Assembly: GCA_032249095.1 (NCBI GenBank) | Contig: JAVVGN010000005.1 | Coordinates: 1-24,881, forward strand | DNA: 24,881 bases | Reading direction: 5' to 3' | DNA from: Candidatus Caldarchaeales archaeon | GTDB taxonomy: Archaea > Thermoproteota > Nitrososphaeria_A > Caldarchaeales > Calditenuaceae | Shown: positions 15,087-22,809 of the stretch, piece by piece | Layout of the letters: every line of letters starts with the position of its first letter | Numbering within the stretch: the first letter of the stretch is position 1 | Program-made: the position numbers and the translations under genes | Notes under the pieces: generated by a model | Seen by the model: the letters and a program-made list of their open reading frames with translations, nothing else | Database searches by the model: none | Told to the model about the DNA's origin: nothing

Positions 15087-15975
15087 GCATCTTATACCTG
15101 ATAACCCTCTCGAGCCCCTCCCTAAGCCCCACTATCGGCCTATAGCCTAACACCTGCGCAGCCTTATCGATCGAGGGGTAGCTCACCATCGGCTCAGCCT
15201 CCTCAGCCGACCTGGGGGGTAGCTCGACTAGTGGGGATTGAGACGAAGTCAGTTCGCGTATAATCTCAGCCAACTCACGTATAGAGACCCTGCTCCCGCC
15301 ACCAATGTTGAAGATCTCGCCGACCGCCTTCTCACTCTTGAGGGCCAGCTCGACAGCGCGGCACAGGTTTACGACGTGGTATGGATCGGTTACGTCTCTA
15401 CCGCCGTTGAAAAGATGTATCTCCCGGCCCTCTAGGCAGGCGTCTATGAATCGCGAGACCGCGCTCTTGGGGGTGTCATACTCTCCGAAGACCTTCCATG
15501 AACGTAGGACGACGGCCGGGAGTCCGTAGAGAGTGTGGTAGGTTCTTACAATCATCTCCGACAAAACTTTAGAGTAGTCGTAGAGCGTGCGGGGGGCGAG
15601 AGGCGCCTCTTCTGTGACTGGGAGGGGCGGTCGAGGACCGTAGACATTTGCTGAGGAGAGAAACACAAACCTCTCAACACCCCTCCGCCGAGCTATTTCG
15701 AGCATGTTCAGGGTTCCCATGATGTTGGTCTGAAGACACCTCAGTGGGTCCCCACTACAGGAGGGCGGGTTTGATACGGCTGCCAGATGGACAACGGAGC
15801 CTACCTTATACTGCTCCAGCGCGGTGCTCAACCCGCTGAAATCCACCACATCGGCGACTAGATCCGCTCCGCCAGCTAAGTCGAGACGAACAACACTGTA
15901 CCCTCTTCCAGAAAAATACTCGCAGAGGCTCCGCCCAATAAATCCCTCCGACCCGGTAACCAGAACTGGCTCCAA
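15070..15975 (-). CDS. NAD-dependent epimerase/dehydratase (extended SDR, UDP-sugar 4-epimerase-like)
   Basis: The Rossmann motif is VLVTGSEGFIGRSL and the catalytic motif is YDYSK. The TTG start is about 30 nt downstream of minus-strand TTTAATAAAT. The 3' end overlaps the HD gene by 17 nt in convergent orientation. Confidence 0.85.
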   Translation of the reverse strand: MEPVLVTGSEGFIGRSLCEYFSGRGYSVVRLDLAGGADLVADVVDFSGLSTALEQYKVGSVVHLAAVSNPPSCSGDPLRCLQTNIMGTLNMLEIARRRGVERFVFLSSANVYGPRPPLPVTEEAPLAPRTLYDYSKVLSEMIVRTYHTLYGLPAVVLRSWKVFGEYDTPKSAVSRFIDACLEGREIHLFNGGRDVTDPYHVVNLCRAVELALKSEKAVGEIFNIGGGSRVSIRELAEIIRELTSSQSPLVELPPRSAEEAEPMVSYPSIDKAAQVLGYRPIVGLREGLERVIRYKMLNAGR

Positions 15976-16019
15976 GCTCCCCCAAGACGAGACGCGCTAT
16001 GAACGATTTATTAAACGTC

Positions 16020-18689
16020 TCACGACACGATGCAGCTAGTCCAGCCGCAGTCGATGCACTTGATACAGCCTTCCTGCCACGCTAGGTTTACGCCTCGGCA
16101 CTGTGGGCAGGTATAGTATCTCGACTCCTTCTCACCCTCCGGCAACACGATCTTCATGAGGGGATGCTCGATTGTCTCGGCCTCCTCTTGGCGCTGGTAC
16201 CCACCCCCAGTACTCACTTGAGTGACCCTCTTCTCAATCACCACCTCTATCCCCAAATTTCGCATCATCTCGAGTGTATTGTTAGTCACGACGTTGACGT
16301 AGTGGGACTCCCTCTGACTCGGCGTCACTAGAACTTGGCCTGCCTTGGAGGTGTCTCTGTATATCGTTACGCCTTTCAATCCGAGTCTGTAAGCGAAGAG
16401 ATAAGCCTTTTTGACGTCCTCTACAGTAACCCACCTCGGCATATTAATCGTCTTGCTTACCGCAGCATCCACCCAGAGACCGACATGGTGCTGAGCCCGC
16501 ACGTGGTCCCACCAAGGAACGTCGTATGCGACAACGAAGACCCTGCGGGCCTCCTCAGGGAAAATCTCTAAGCCTTGGATCGATCCCCCATTGTCTGCCA
16601 CCATCTTGACTATTTGTTCGTTATAGAGCCCAACCTCCTTCAAATAGTTCTCGAACTCCGGGTCAATGTAGTGGAAAACACCCACAGTCACGCGCTTCTC
16701 GTATATGAGGGCAAATACGGGCTCCAGCCCCGAGCTCGCATCAACCAGCATAGAGATGCTGCCTGTGGGCGCGATTGATAGGAGGAAGCTGTTTCGTATC
16801 CCGCTCCTCCGGACCTCTTGTGAGATTAGATCCCAATCCATCGTCCAGATCTCCTTGCGGTAAAAACCTTCGAGGGGGAGCACGCCCTTAACATAGTCAC
16901 TCTGCCAGTAGAGTGGGAAGACACCTCTCTCCTTGGCTCTCTCTATGCTCGCCCGGTAGGCGTGCCAGGCGATGAACTCGGTGATCCCCTGCATCAGCTG
17001 GAATCCCTCCTCGCTGTTATACGGTATCCTGAGAGCGTATAGTAGGGAGGCTAGCCCCATAAAGCCGAGTCCGACCCTCCTCGTCATATGCGACATCCCC
17101 TCAATCTCCTTTAGCGGATACTTATTCACGTCTATAACATTATCCAAGAATCTGTAAGCAGACCAGACGGCTCTTTCCAAGGACTCCCAATCTAACTCAA
17201 CCCCCCTCTCTGTCCTCTTCACGAAAGCGTAAAGGTTGATCGACCCCAAGTTACATGACTCGTACACGTAGAGGGGCTCCTCACCGCACGGATTTGTGCA
17301 GCTGATGTCACCGAGGGCCCTACGCAGGATGTTTCTCCTGTTGATGTTTCCGTGATAGAGCATACCTGGGTCGGCTGTCTTCCACGCCATCTCCGCGATG
17401 AGGTTAAAGAGATGCCGCGGATCTATTGTTCCCCAGACTTTACCATCCCTTGGATTCCTTAATTGATATGGCTCGCCCCTCTCTAGATGCTCCATGAAGT
17501 CGTCGCCTACCAAGACACTGATGTTAAAGTTCTCGAGGAATCCCTCCTTCTCCTTAGCCCTGATAAACTTCTCAATATCTGGATGCCACACCTCCAGTAT
17601 ACCCATGTTCGCGCCCCGCCTCTTCCCACCCTGCTTCACAACCTCCGTTACTGTGTCTATAATTCGCATGAAGGTGACTGGGCCAGAGGCGACCCCAGAA
17701 GTGGAGAACACCACGTCTCCCTCCGGTCGGAGTTTAGAGTAGTTTATCCCGATTCCTCCACCGCTCTTGAATATTATTGCTGCCTCGGTTGCCGCTCGCA
17801 TGATTGACTCTATGTTATCCTCTATGGGCAGTACGAAGCAGGCCGATAGCTGGCCGAGCCTCGCGCCCGCGTTGAAGAGAGTGGGGCTGTTAGGCATGAA
17901 TTTTTTCTCGACCATCAGGTTGTAATACTCAAGATAGTCTGCGTAGTGGTGATCTAGCTCTCCTGCAAGTAGCATCTCCCAGAAGACGCTCCACGGTCGT
18001 CTCATCTTTCCCACCGAGTTCAGACGGTCGTACAGCCTTTTCATCTGCTCGAGGTGCCAGCGGTTCCAGTAGACCTCATAGGATCCGTCGGACTTTCTAC
18101 CAAGACCGACCTTACCCGCCCAAAGCTCCGGGTTAAACTCCTCGTACGGGTGAACGATTTGTTTGCCCTCCTTATCAAATAGTATGGGGTCATAGAGTAT
18201 GTCGGGTATGACTATTAGCATCGCGACCCTCTGAAAGAGTTGCTTAGGCCTCTCGGCTAGCTTCCCCTGCTCGTTTTTGAGGAGGTAACGGCTCGCCATG
18301 AGGCGGATGGCGTTGACGGAGAAACGCTTGTCAACCTCGTCCAGATAATCAGTCTCCAGCAGGATCATCTTCTCCTTCCTAATCCTCTCCCTCTCCTTCC
18401 GGTAGAGGATGTAGGCCTTGGCAACCTCGTAGAGATCAAACTTCACTAGCGCAAGCTCCACTATGTCTTGGACATCCTCAACGTGTGGGATCCTCTCCCC
18501 GCCATACTTATCTGCGAGGACTTGCAGAACGTGGTCAACAACACGCTGGAGTAACCCTTCATCATACCTGTCGACCGAGAGCATCGCCTTTTTGATTGCG
18601 TTATATATGCGGGTTCTGTCGAAGTCGACGACTCGGCCATCCCTCTTGACGACCTTCTTTACTGGGAATTCTGACAACTGGTGCTCCAA
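16020..18689 (-). CDS. nrdJ: Adenosylcobalamin-dependent (class II) ribonucleotide reductase with an N-terminal ATP-cone and a C-terminal Cys-rich zinc ribbon
   Basis: The ATP-cone is VVKRDGRVVDFDRTRIYNAIKKAM. Catalytic motifs are SACFVLPIED, ISCTNPCGEEPL and CNLGSINL. The C-terminus is CPQCRG...CIKCIDCGWTSC. The start is uncertain: TTG 18689 or TTG 18677 lie downstream of the predicted TSS, while the longest ORF (TTG 18740) begins inside the promoter repeat. Confidence 0.9.
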   Translation of the reverse strand: MEHQLSEFPVKKVVKRDGRVVDFDRTRIYNAIKKAMLSVDRYDEGLLQRVVDHVLQVLADKYGGERIPHVEDVQDIVELALVKFDLYEVAKAYILYRKERERIRKEKMILLETDYLDEVDKRFSVNAIRLMASRYLLKNEQGKLAERPKQLFQRVAMLIVIPDILYDPILFDKEGKQIVHPYEEFNPELWAGKVGLGRKSDGSYEVYWNRWHLEQMKRLYDRLNSVGKMRRPWSVFWEMLLAGELDHHYADYLEYYNLMVEKKFMPNSPTLFNAGARLGQLSACFVLPIEDNIESIMRAATEAAIIFKSGGGIGINYSKLRPEGDVVFSTSGVASGPVTFMRIIDTVTEVVKQGGKRRGANMGILEVWHPDIEKFIRAKEKEGFLENFNISVLVGDDFMEHLERGEPYQLRNPRDGKVWGTIDPRHLFNLIAEMAWKTADPGMLYHGNINRRNILRRALGDISCTNPCGEEPLYVYESCNLGSINLYAFVKRTERGVELDWESLERAVWSAYRFLDNVIDVNKYPLKEIEGMSHMTRRVGLGFMGLASLLYALRIPYNSEEGFQLMQGITEFIAWHAYRASIERAKERGVFPLYWQSDYVKGVLPLEGFYRKEIWTMDWDLISQEVRRSGIRNSFLLSIAPTGSISMLVDASSGLEPVFALIYEKRVTVGVFHYIDPEFENYLKEVGLYNEQIVKMVADNGGSIQGLEIFPEEARRVFVVAYDVPWWDHVRAQHHVGLWVDAAVSKTINMPRWVTVEDVKKAYLFAYRLGLKGVTIYRDTSKAGQVLVTPSQRESHYVNVVTNNTLEMMRNLGIEVVIEKRVTQVSTGGGYQRQEEAETIEHPLMKIVLPEGEKESRYYTCPQCRGVNLAWQEGCIKCIDCGWTSCIVS

Positions 18690-18729
18690 TCCGACCAGAA
18701 TAAGTCTCCCACCAATGGCTATAAAGCCT

Positions 18730-18751
18730 TGCGAGACCAATGCGAGACCAA
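18730..18751. repeat. Perfect tandem direct repeat, 2 x 11 bp (TGCGAGACCAA TGCGAGACCAA)
   Basis: Read directly from the sequence: 18730-18740 is identical to 18741-18751. On the minus strand this is TTGGTCTCGCA x2, beginning 6 nt downstream of the TTATAAAA element and covering the expected nrdJ transcription start. Confidence 0.9.
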
Positions 18752-18756
18752 AAGTC

Positions 18757-18764
18757 TTTTATAA
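18757..18764. promoter_or_regulatory. Consensus-like TATA box (TTTTATAA / TTATAAAA), possibly bidirectional (nrdJ on the minus strand, an upstream tyrS transcript on the plus strand)
   Basis: The octamer TTTTATAA sits in the nrdJ-tyrS divergent region. A second TATA-like element, ATAAATAA at 18899-18906, lies about 30 nt upstream of the tyrS ATG at 18932. Confidence 0.5.
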
Positions 18765-18931
18765 GCGCCCGAAAAAGCCAAGAAATGGCAACACTCCTTA
18801 TATGCCGCCACCGGATTGGCCATGAGTTTAGACCGTCGGGTCCCAATTCCGTTCTCGAACACCCGGCATTATCGCCGGCTTTTCGGCTGACTGAAGGGAT
18901 AAATAACGTTCCTCGGCGATTTTGGTGCGGT

Positions 18932-19891
18932 ATGGCGCTCAGCTACTCGCCTGAGGAGCTTCTAAGGGGGGTTAAGGCGGCATCGGAGGAGGTGATTACG
19001 GAGGAGGAGTTAGTTCAGCTCCTTGAGGAGAAGAGGGTACGGGCATACATCGGGTTCGAGCCGAGCAACGTGATACATCTCGGTGCTCTAGTTGTTTGCG
19101 AACCCATCATACAGCTAATGAGGGCCGGCTTTTCAGGGATATTCCTTATGGCCGACGTACATGGATGGCTAAATCACAAGGGCGAGCTTGATGTCCTCAA
19201 AGAGACTGCGGCGCATAACATCGAGTTGCTCAAAAAAATCACAAGAGCCCGAGGGGTGGAAGACTCCGTGGTGAGCTACGTCCTCGGATCCGACTATCAG
19301 TTGAAGGAGGGATACATATTGGAGCTATTCAAACTTGCAAAGTTGGTTACTGCCTCTGAGGCTAGAAAGTCGATGGACACGATAAGCAAGAAGGACGTTA
19401 TGCACAGAGTGAGCTCCGAGATATACGCCCTTATGCAGTGCATAGACATAGCTTTCCTCAAAGTCAACGTGGCCGTGGGAGGCATGGATCAGAGGAAGAT
19501 ACACGTTATGGCCAGAGAATATCTTAGGAAGCTCGGTCACCAGAAGCCCGTAGCGATACATACTCCCATAATCCTCGGGCTTGACGGCCATGCAAAGATG
19601 TCTAAGAGCCTCGAGAATGCGATCTTCTTAAATGATAGTGAGGAGGACGTGTCGAGGAAGATCTATAAAGCTTACTGCCCTGAGGGTGTTGAGGAGGGGA
19701 ATCCGGTTACCCAGATCGTCAAACATATAATATTCCCGTGGACCGGGGGCTTTGAGGTGGCAGGCAATTTGTATAGGAGCTACGCCGAGTTTTCAGCTGA
19801 CTGGGTCGGCCGAAGGGTAGGGGCAAAAGCCCTTAAGGATGCCGTCACGGAGTCCATCATAAGTGTCCTTCGAAAAATCAACTCCAGCTAG
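18932..19891 (+). CDS. tyrS: Tyrosine--tRNA ligase (archaeal type)
   Basis: Similarity to M. jannaschii TyrRS, as I recall that sequence, runs along the whole length: AYIGFEPS..IHLG, ADVHGWLNHKGELD, VAVGGMDQRKIHVMAREYL, KMSKS and KAYCPEGVEEGNP. ATG 18932 gives the standard N-terminus. The ORF is open for 64 further codons upstream, and I do not consider that extension coding. Confidence 0.9.
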   Translation: MALSYSPEELLRGVKAASEEVITEEELVQLLEEKRVRAYIGFEPSNVIHLGALVVCEPIIQLMRAGFSGIFLMADVHGWLNHKGELDVLKETAAHNIELLKKITRARGVEDSVVSYVLGSDYQLKEGYILELFKLAKLVTASEARKSMDTISKKDVMHRVSSEIYALMQCIDIAFLKVNVAVGGMDQRKIHVMAREYLRKLGHQKPVAIHTPIILGLDGHAKMSKSLENAIFLNDSEEDVSRKIYKAYCPEGVEEGNPVTQIVKHIIFPWTGGFEVAGNLYRSYAEFSADWVGRRVGAKALKDAVTESIISVLRKINSS

Positions 19892-19897
19892 CCTGCT

Positions 19898-20824
19898 TTA
19901 GGGGATTGCACGTGATAGGGCTACAGCCTTTTTAGCCGCGCCTTCAGACGTCGTATCAAAGCAGTAAACTGTGGGCTCGAGCCCCAAGCCACCCTCGTCA
20001 ATAACCAAGTCTAGGTCTTTTTCGGAGCTTACTAGTTCAATAACGCTAAAAACCACCTCCTCCTCGGTCCTGGCAAGCTGCTTTGCCTGGGTCTTAGCAA
20101 ATTTCAGTCCGAGCCGTTTAGCAGCCTCTTCAAGCCCCGGCACGAGCCTTATGTTGATGACGGCTCTCTTAAGCGGGTTCACTCTTGTGACGCCGAGAAG
20201 GATTGAGGCGAGGTGTTTAGATGCCCCGAACTCGGGTTTGCCTACAGCGACGAGTCTATCGTTGATTCTGACGATCCTGCCAGGTATCGCGGCCACATCT
20301 TCTAGGCTTGAAGCCCCTTCCCTCGCTAAAGCAACGTTGATGGAGACCTCTGGATAGACCTTCAGAAGCTCGGGCGACCGCTCGATGAGTAATACCGCCC
20401 TTTCGATGTCCCTTATAATCCCCTCTCTCTCGATAAATGAGATGGTTGGCTTGGTGATACAGATAGTGCAGTCTCCCAGCTCAGGGTATATTTTTCTGTG
20501 TAGTTGGCAAAGCGTGCCCGAGGTCAGTAGCCTTTGCCAACCGTTCATTAATGCGCGGGTTGCGCCCTCAGGTCCTTCACTCGCCGCCGCGGCTATCGAG
20601 TTTATGAGGGTTTCCGTCTCCTCCCGCGGTACACCATAGCTCCTCAGCGCCTCGGCATAGTTTGTAGGATGCTTAGAGAGGTAGTAGCTAACAGCGGCCT
20701 GGCTGACTCCGAGGACGAAGGCAATCTTGGACTGGCTGAAGCCTTTCCTCCTGAGAGTGTGCGCGAGGATTCCCCTTATGTTTGGCAGTAGATATCGAAG
20801 AAGCAGCTCCTCGGGAGGCCTCAT
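19898..20824 (-). CDS. HTH domain fused to a ThiN (thiamine-phosphate synthase-like) domain; ThiR-like transcriptional regulator
   Basis: The N-terminal HTH is GFSQSKIAFVLGVSQAAVSYYL. The C-terminal ThiN-like pattern is YPEVSINVALA ... DVAAIPGRIV ... GKPEFGASKHLASILL ... RAVINIR. The ATG overlaps the stop of the upstream ORF (ATGA). Confidence 0.7.
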   Translation of the reverse strand: MRPPEELLLRYLLPNIRGILAHTLRRKGFSQSKIAFVLGVSQAAVSYYLSKHPTNYAEALRSYGVPREETETLINSIAAAASEGPEGATRALMNGWQRLLTSGTLCQLHRKIYPELGDCTICITKPTISFIEREGIIRDIERAVLLIERSPELLKVYPEVSINVALAREGASSLEDVAAIPGRIVRINDRLVAVGKPEFGASKHLASILLGVTRVNPLKRAVINIRLVPGLEEAAKRLGLKFAKTQAKQLARTEEEVVFSVIELVSSEKDLDLVIDEGGLGLEPTVYCFDTTSEGAAKKAVALSRAIP

Positions 20825-21189
20825 TGACCAGGTTCCACTAGAATCCTTTCTTGCTGTGCATGCTTCATCGCGGCGCTAACCACCTCCGGATCGACGCGCC
20901 GATACACACTAATCTTAATCTTATCCCACTCCCAAACTATTTTTCCTCCTATGATTGCGTAGGGTGCCTCGATTCGCACGATATCGGCCTTAGAGAGCAC
21001 TAGTTTATCGACTAACACCGAGTAGAGCCATCTGTTTAGCTCGCCTGCTCCTCTCGCAACCTCCTGAGAGGTTAGCTGCCCAGACTTCACGAGCTCTCTA
21101 GTCTGGGCGAAGATGGCGCGCCTCAGCTTGGTTGCATAATACCCGACAATGACGGTGCCGGTTCTCACCACGGCCCTGACGGGCTCCAT
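20821..21189 (-). CDS. Conserved-looking hypothetical protein (about 122 aa), function unknown
   Basis: The ORF has genome-typical composition and a predicted alpha/beta pattern (VIVGYYATKLRRAIFAQTRELV ... GELNRWLYSVLVDKL ... IVRIEAPY ... KIVWEWDKIKISVYRR). The start is ATG 21189, or GTG 21198. It may belong to an archaeal DUF family, but I cannot assign one with confidence. Confidence 0.5.
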   Translation of the reverse strand: MEPVRAVVRTGTVIVGYYATKLRRAIFAQTRELVKSGQLTSQEVARGAGELNRWLYSVLVDKLVLSKADIVRIEAPYAIIGGKIVWEWDKIKISVYRRVDPEVVSAAMKHAQQERILVEPGQ

Positions 21190-21336
21190 AGCGCCCACCT
21201 AATGAAAATATATGCGGGAGGCCCATATATTATTATCCGGTTGGAACGAGGACCATTTTATAAGGAAGAAGCCTTAAACTATAGCAAGTTTCAGCAAAGT
21301 TTTTCCACTGGTGTTAATAATTAATTTAAAGTCACG

Positions 21337-22728
21337 ATGGGACAGGTCCAAGATAGGATCTGGCGGACAATCTTGGAAAGGAGGGAAGACTACCTAAGGG
21401 TTTTGGGCGATCTTCTAAGTTTTCCGAGCGTTTCCGCGACAGGGGAGGGGATGGCTGAGGCGGCAGATAGGGTCAAGGAGATCATGGAGTCAAGGGGTCT
21501 TAGAGTAGACATATACGACGACCACGGGGGTTATCCTTTAGTTTTTGGGGAGATCAGAGAGGAGAGGCACGGAACGCTCTTGATCTATAACCACTATGAC
21601 GTCCAGCCCCCAGACCCGCTAGAACATTGGGCCTCACCGCCCTTCTCTCCCGCTATACGTGACGGCAGAGTATACGCCAGAGGCGCTTGCGACAACAAGG
21701 GAAACCTTGCAGCGAGACTCTGCGCCTTGGACGTTGTGTTGGACTTGTTCGGCGAAGTCCCGCTCAATCTGAAGTTCCTTGTCGAGGGCGAAGAGGAGGT
21801 TGGGAGTCCCCACCTTTCGCGGTTCTTCGATCTTCACAGAGAGATCTTAGACGCCGATGCATGCCTCTGGGAGATGGGAGGCACGACAACAAGGGGAAAA
21901 CCCATAATCTACCTCGGCGTTAAAGGCATCTGCTACCTCGAGCTCCGCGCAGAAGAGGATAGGCCCGATCTACACTCCTCTTGGGGCGCTATAGTGCGGA
22001 ACCCAGCTTGGGAACTGGCTCAACTCATCGCAAGCCTGAGAGACAGCTCCGGCAGAGTGCTGGTCGAGGGATTCTACGACGATGTCCTTCCTCCTGACGA
22101 GGAAACGTTAGAACTGATAAGGAATCTCGACGACGTTGAAGAGGAGATCAAGGTCCACGCGGGCTCCGAAGGACTACTCACAGACAAGCCTGCGAGAGAA
22201 CAGTTAATCGACCTGCTACTTAAGCCCTGCATCAACATCTGTGGGATCGTGTCAGGATATACTGGACCGGGCTCGAAGACTGTGCTTCCGAGTAAAGCTA
22301 TGGCGAAGATAGATGTCCGGCTCGTACCGGCGATGCGGCCTGAAAGAGTGATCGAGAGGTTGGAGAGACACGTAAAGCGCGTGAGTGGGGGTAGGATAAA
22401 AATTGTCCCCCTCGACAGGGGGTACCCTGCATCACGCACACAGCCCAAGGAGCCCTTTGTCGAGCTTGTCCGAGCAACAGCTAATGTAGCCTTCAAGGCT
22501 GCACCCCAGCTCTACCCATCATCAGCAGGATCAGGGCCAATGTACCTCATAACCGAGGAGCTCGGGATCCCCTGCGTAGCGGCGGGCATCGGCGACCACA
22601 AGTCCAACGTCCACGCACCCAATGAAAGCATAGCGATAGAAGACTACCTCAGAGGCATACTACATATGGCTCTAATCATGGCGAACTTTGTGCCCTACAT
22701 GCGGGGCGGCACATTACCCTATGTTTAG
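21337..22728 (+). CDS. M20-family metallopeptidase (dipeptidase/carboxypeptidase/deacylase-like)
   Basis: Motifs are LIYNHYDVQPPDP, YARGACDNKGNLAARL, EGEEEVGSP and a C-terminal HAPNESI. These are the metal-ligand and catalytic motifs of the ArgE/DapE/CPG2/CNDP clan. Confidence 0.85.
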   Translation: MGQVQDRIWRTILERREDYLRVLGDLLSFPSVSATGEGMAEAADRVKEIMESRGLRVDIYDDHGGYPLVFGEIREERHGTLLIYNHYDVQPPDPLEHWASPPFSPAIRDGRVYARGACDNKGNLAARLCALDVVLDLFGEVPLNLKFLVEGEEEVGSPHLSRFFDLHREILDADACLWEMGGTTTRGKPIIYLGVKGICYLELRAEEDRPDLHSSWGAIVRNPAWELAQLIASLRDSSGRVLVEGFYDDVLPPDEETLELIRNLDDVEEEIKVHAGSEGLLTDKPAREQLIDLLLKPCINICGIVSGYTGPGSKTVLPSKAMAKIDVRLVPAMRPERVIERLERHVKRVSGGRIKIVPLDRGYPASRTQPKEPFVELVRATANVAFKAAPQLYPSSAGSGPMYLITEELGIPCVAAGIGDHKSNVHAPNESIAIEDYLRGILHMALIMANFVPYMRGGTLPYV

Positions 22729-22784
22729 GCAAAGCCGCGACACAAATTTATATTAAAGAAGTCATAGGCTATCACGCTGGTGGA

Positions 22785-22809
22785 GGGCAATGACGCCTGA
22801 GCTGAGCTC
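22785..22809 (+). promoter_or_regulatory. K-turn-like RNA motif enclosing the SD and AUG of rpl7ae (candidate L7Ae autoregulatory site)
   Basis: The fold is GGGC-AAU-GA-CGC-(CUGA)-GCU-GA-GCUC. The C stem is G22785-C22809, G22786-U22808, G22787-C22807 and C22788-G22806. The 3-nt bulge is A22789-A22790-U22791. Tandem sheared pairs are G22792.A22805 and A22793.G22804, followed by C.U, G-C and C-G closing a CUGA loop. The start codon occupies 22790-22792. Confidence 0.5.

Noticed and set aside
15989-16021. GAGACG ... CGTCTC inverted repeat downstream of nrdJ, as a possible terminator hairpin.
   Set aside because: The stem is only 6 bp with a 21-nt loop. Archaeal termination relies on oligo-T tracts rather than hairpins. 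The loop is better explained as the TATA element (TTTAATAAAT) of the epimerase gene.
16020-18740. A possible intein in the 906-aa RNR, given that a LAGLIDADG gene is present in the window.
   Set aside because: The catalytic motifs (SACFVLP, TNPCGE, CNLGSINL) are contiguous with normal spacing. No Cys/Ser...HN-Cys/Ser/Thr splice junctions or endonuclease blocks are present. The extra length is explained by the ATP-cone and the C-terminal zinc ribbon.
18822-18894. ATGAGTT ... CTGACTGA in the nrdJ-tyrS spacer, as a possible C/D box sRNA.
   Set aside because: The C box is degenerate (ATGAGTT against RTGATGA), there are no internal D'/C' boxes, and there is no terminal stem. I kept it only as part of the broader finding on the unexplained spacer.
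18740-18931. The upstream 64 codons of the tyrS ORF, starting at 18740, as coding sequence.
   Set aside because: This start would sit inside the nrdJ promoter repeat and upstream of both TATA elements. Homology to archaeal TyrRS begins at ATG 18932. The ATG 18785 variant is retained only as a low-probability alternative in the findings.
19971-20357. A 128-aa plus-strand ORF antisense to the ThiR-like gene. Similar shadow ORFs occur at 22074-22496, 7362-7724, 13889-14224, 2264-2653, 12006-12355 and 23588-24007.
   Set aside because: All are fully nested antisense to genes with clear homology and encode low-complexity Ser/Thr/Pro/Ala-rich peptides. I treat them as non-coding shadows.
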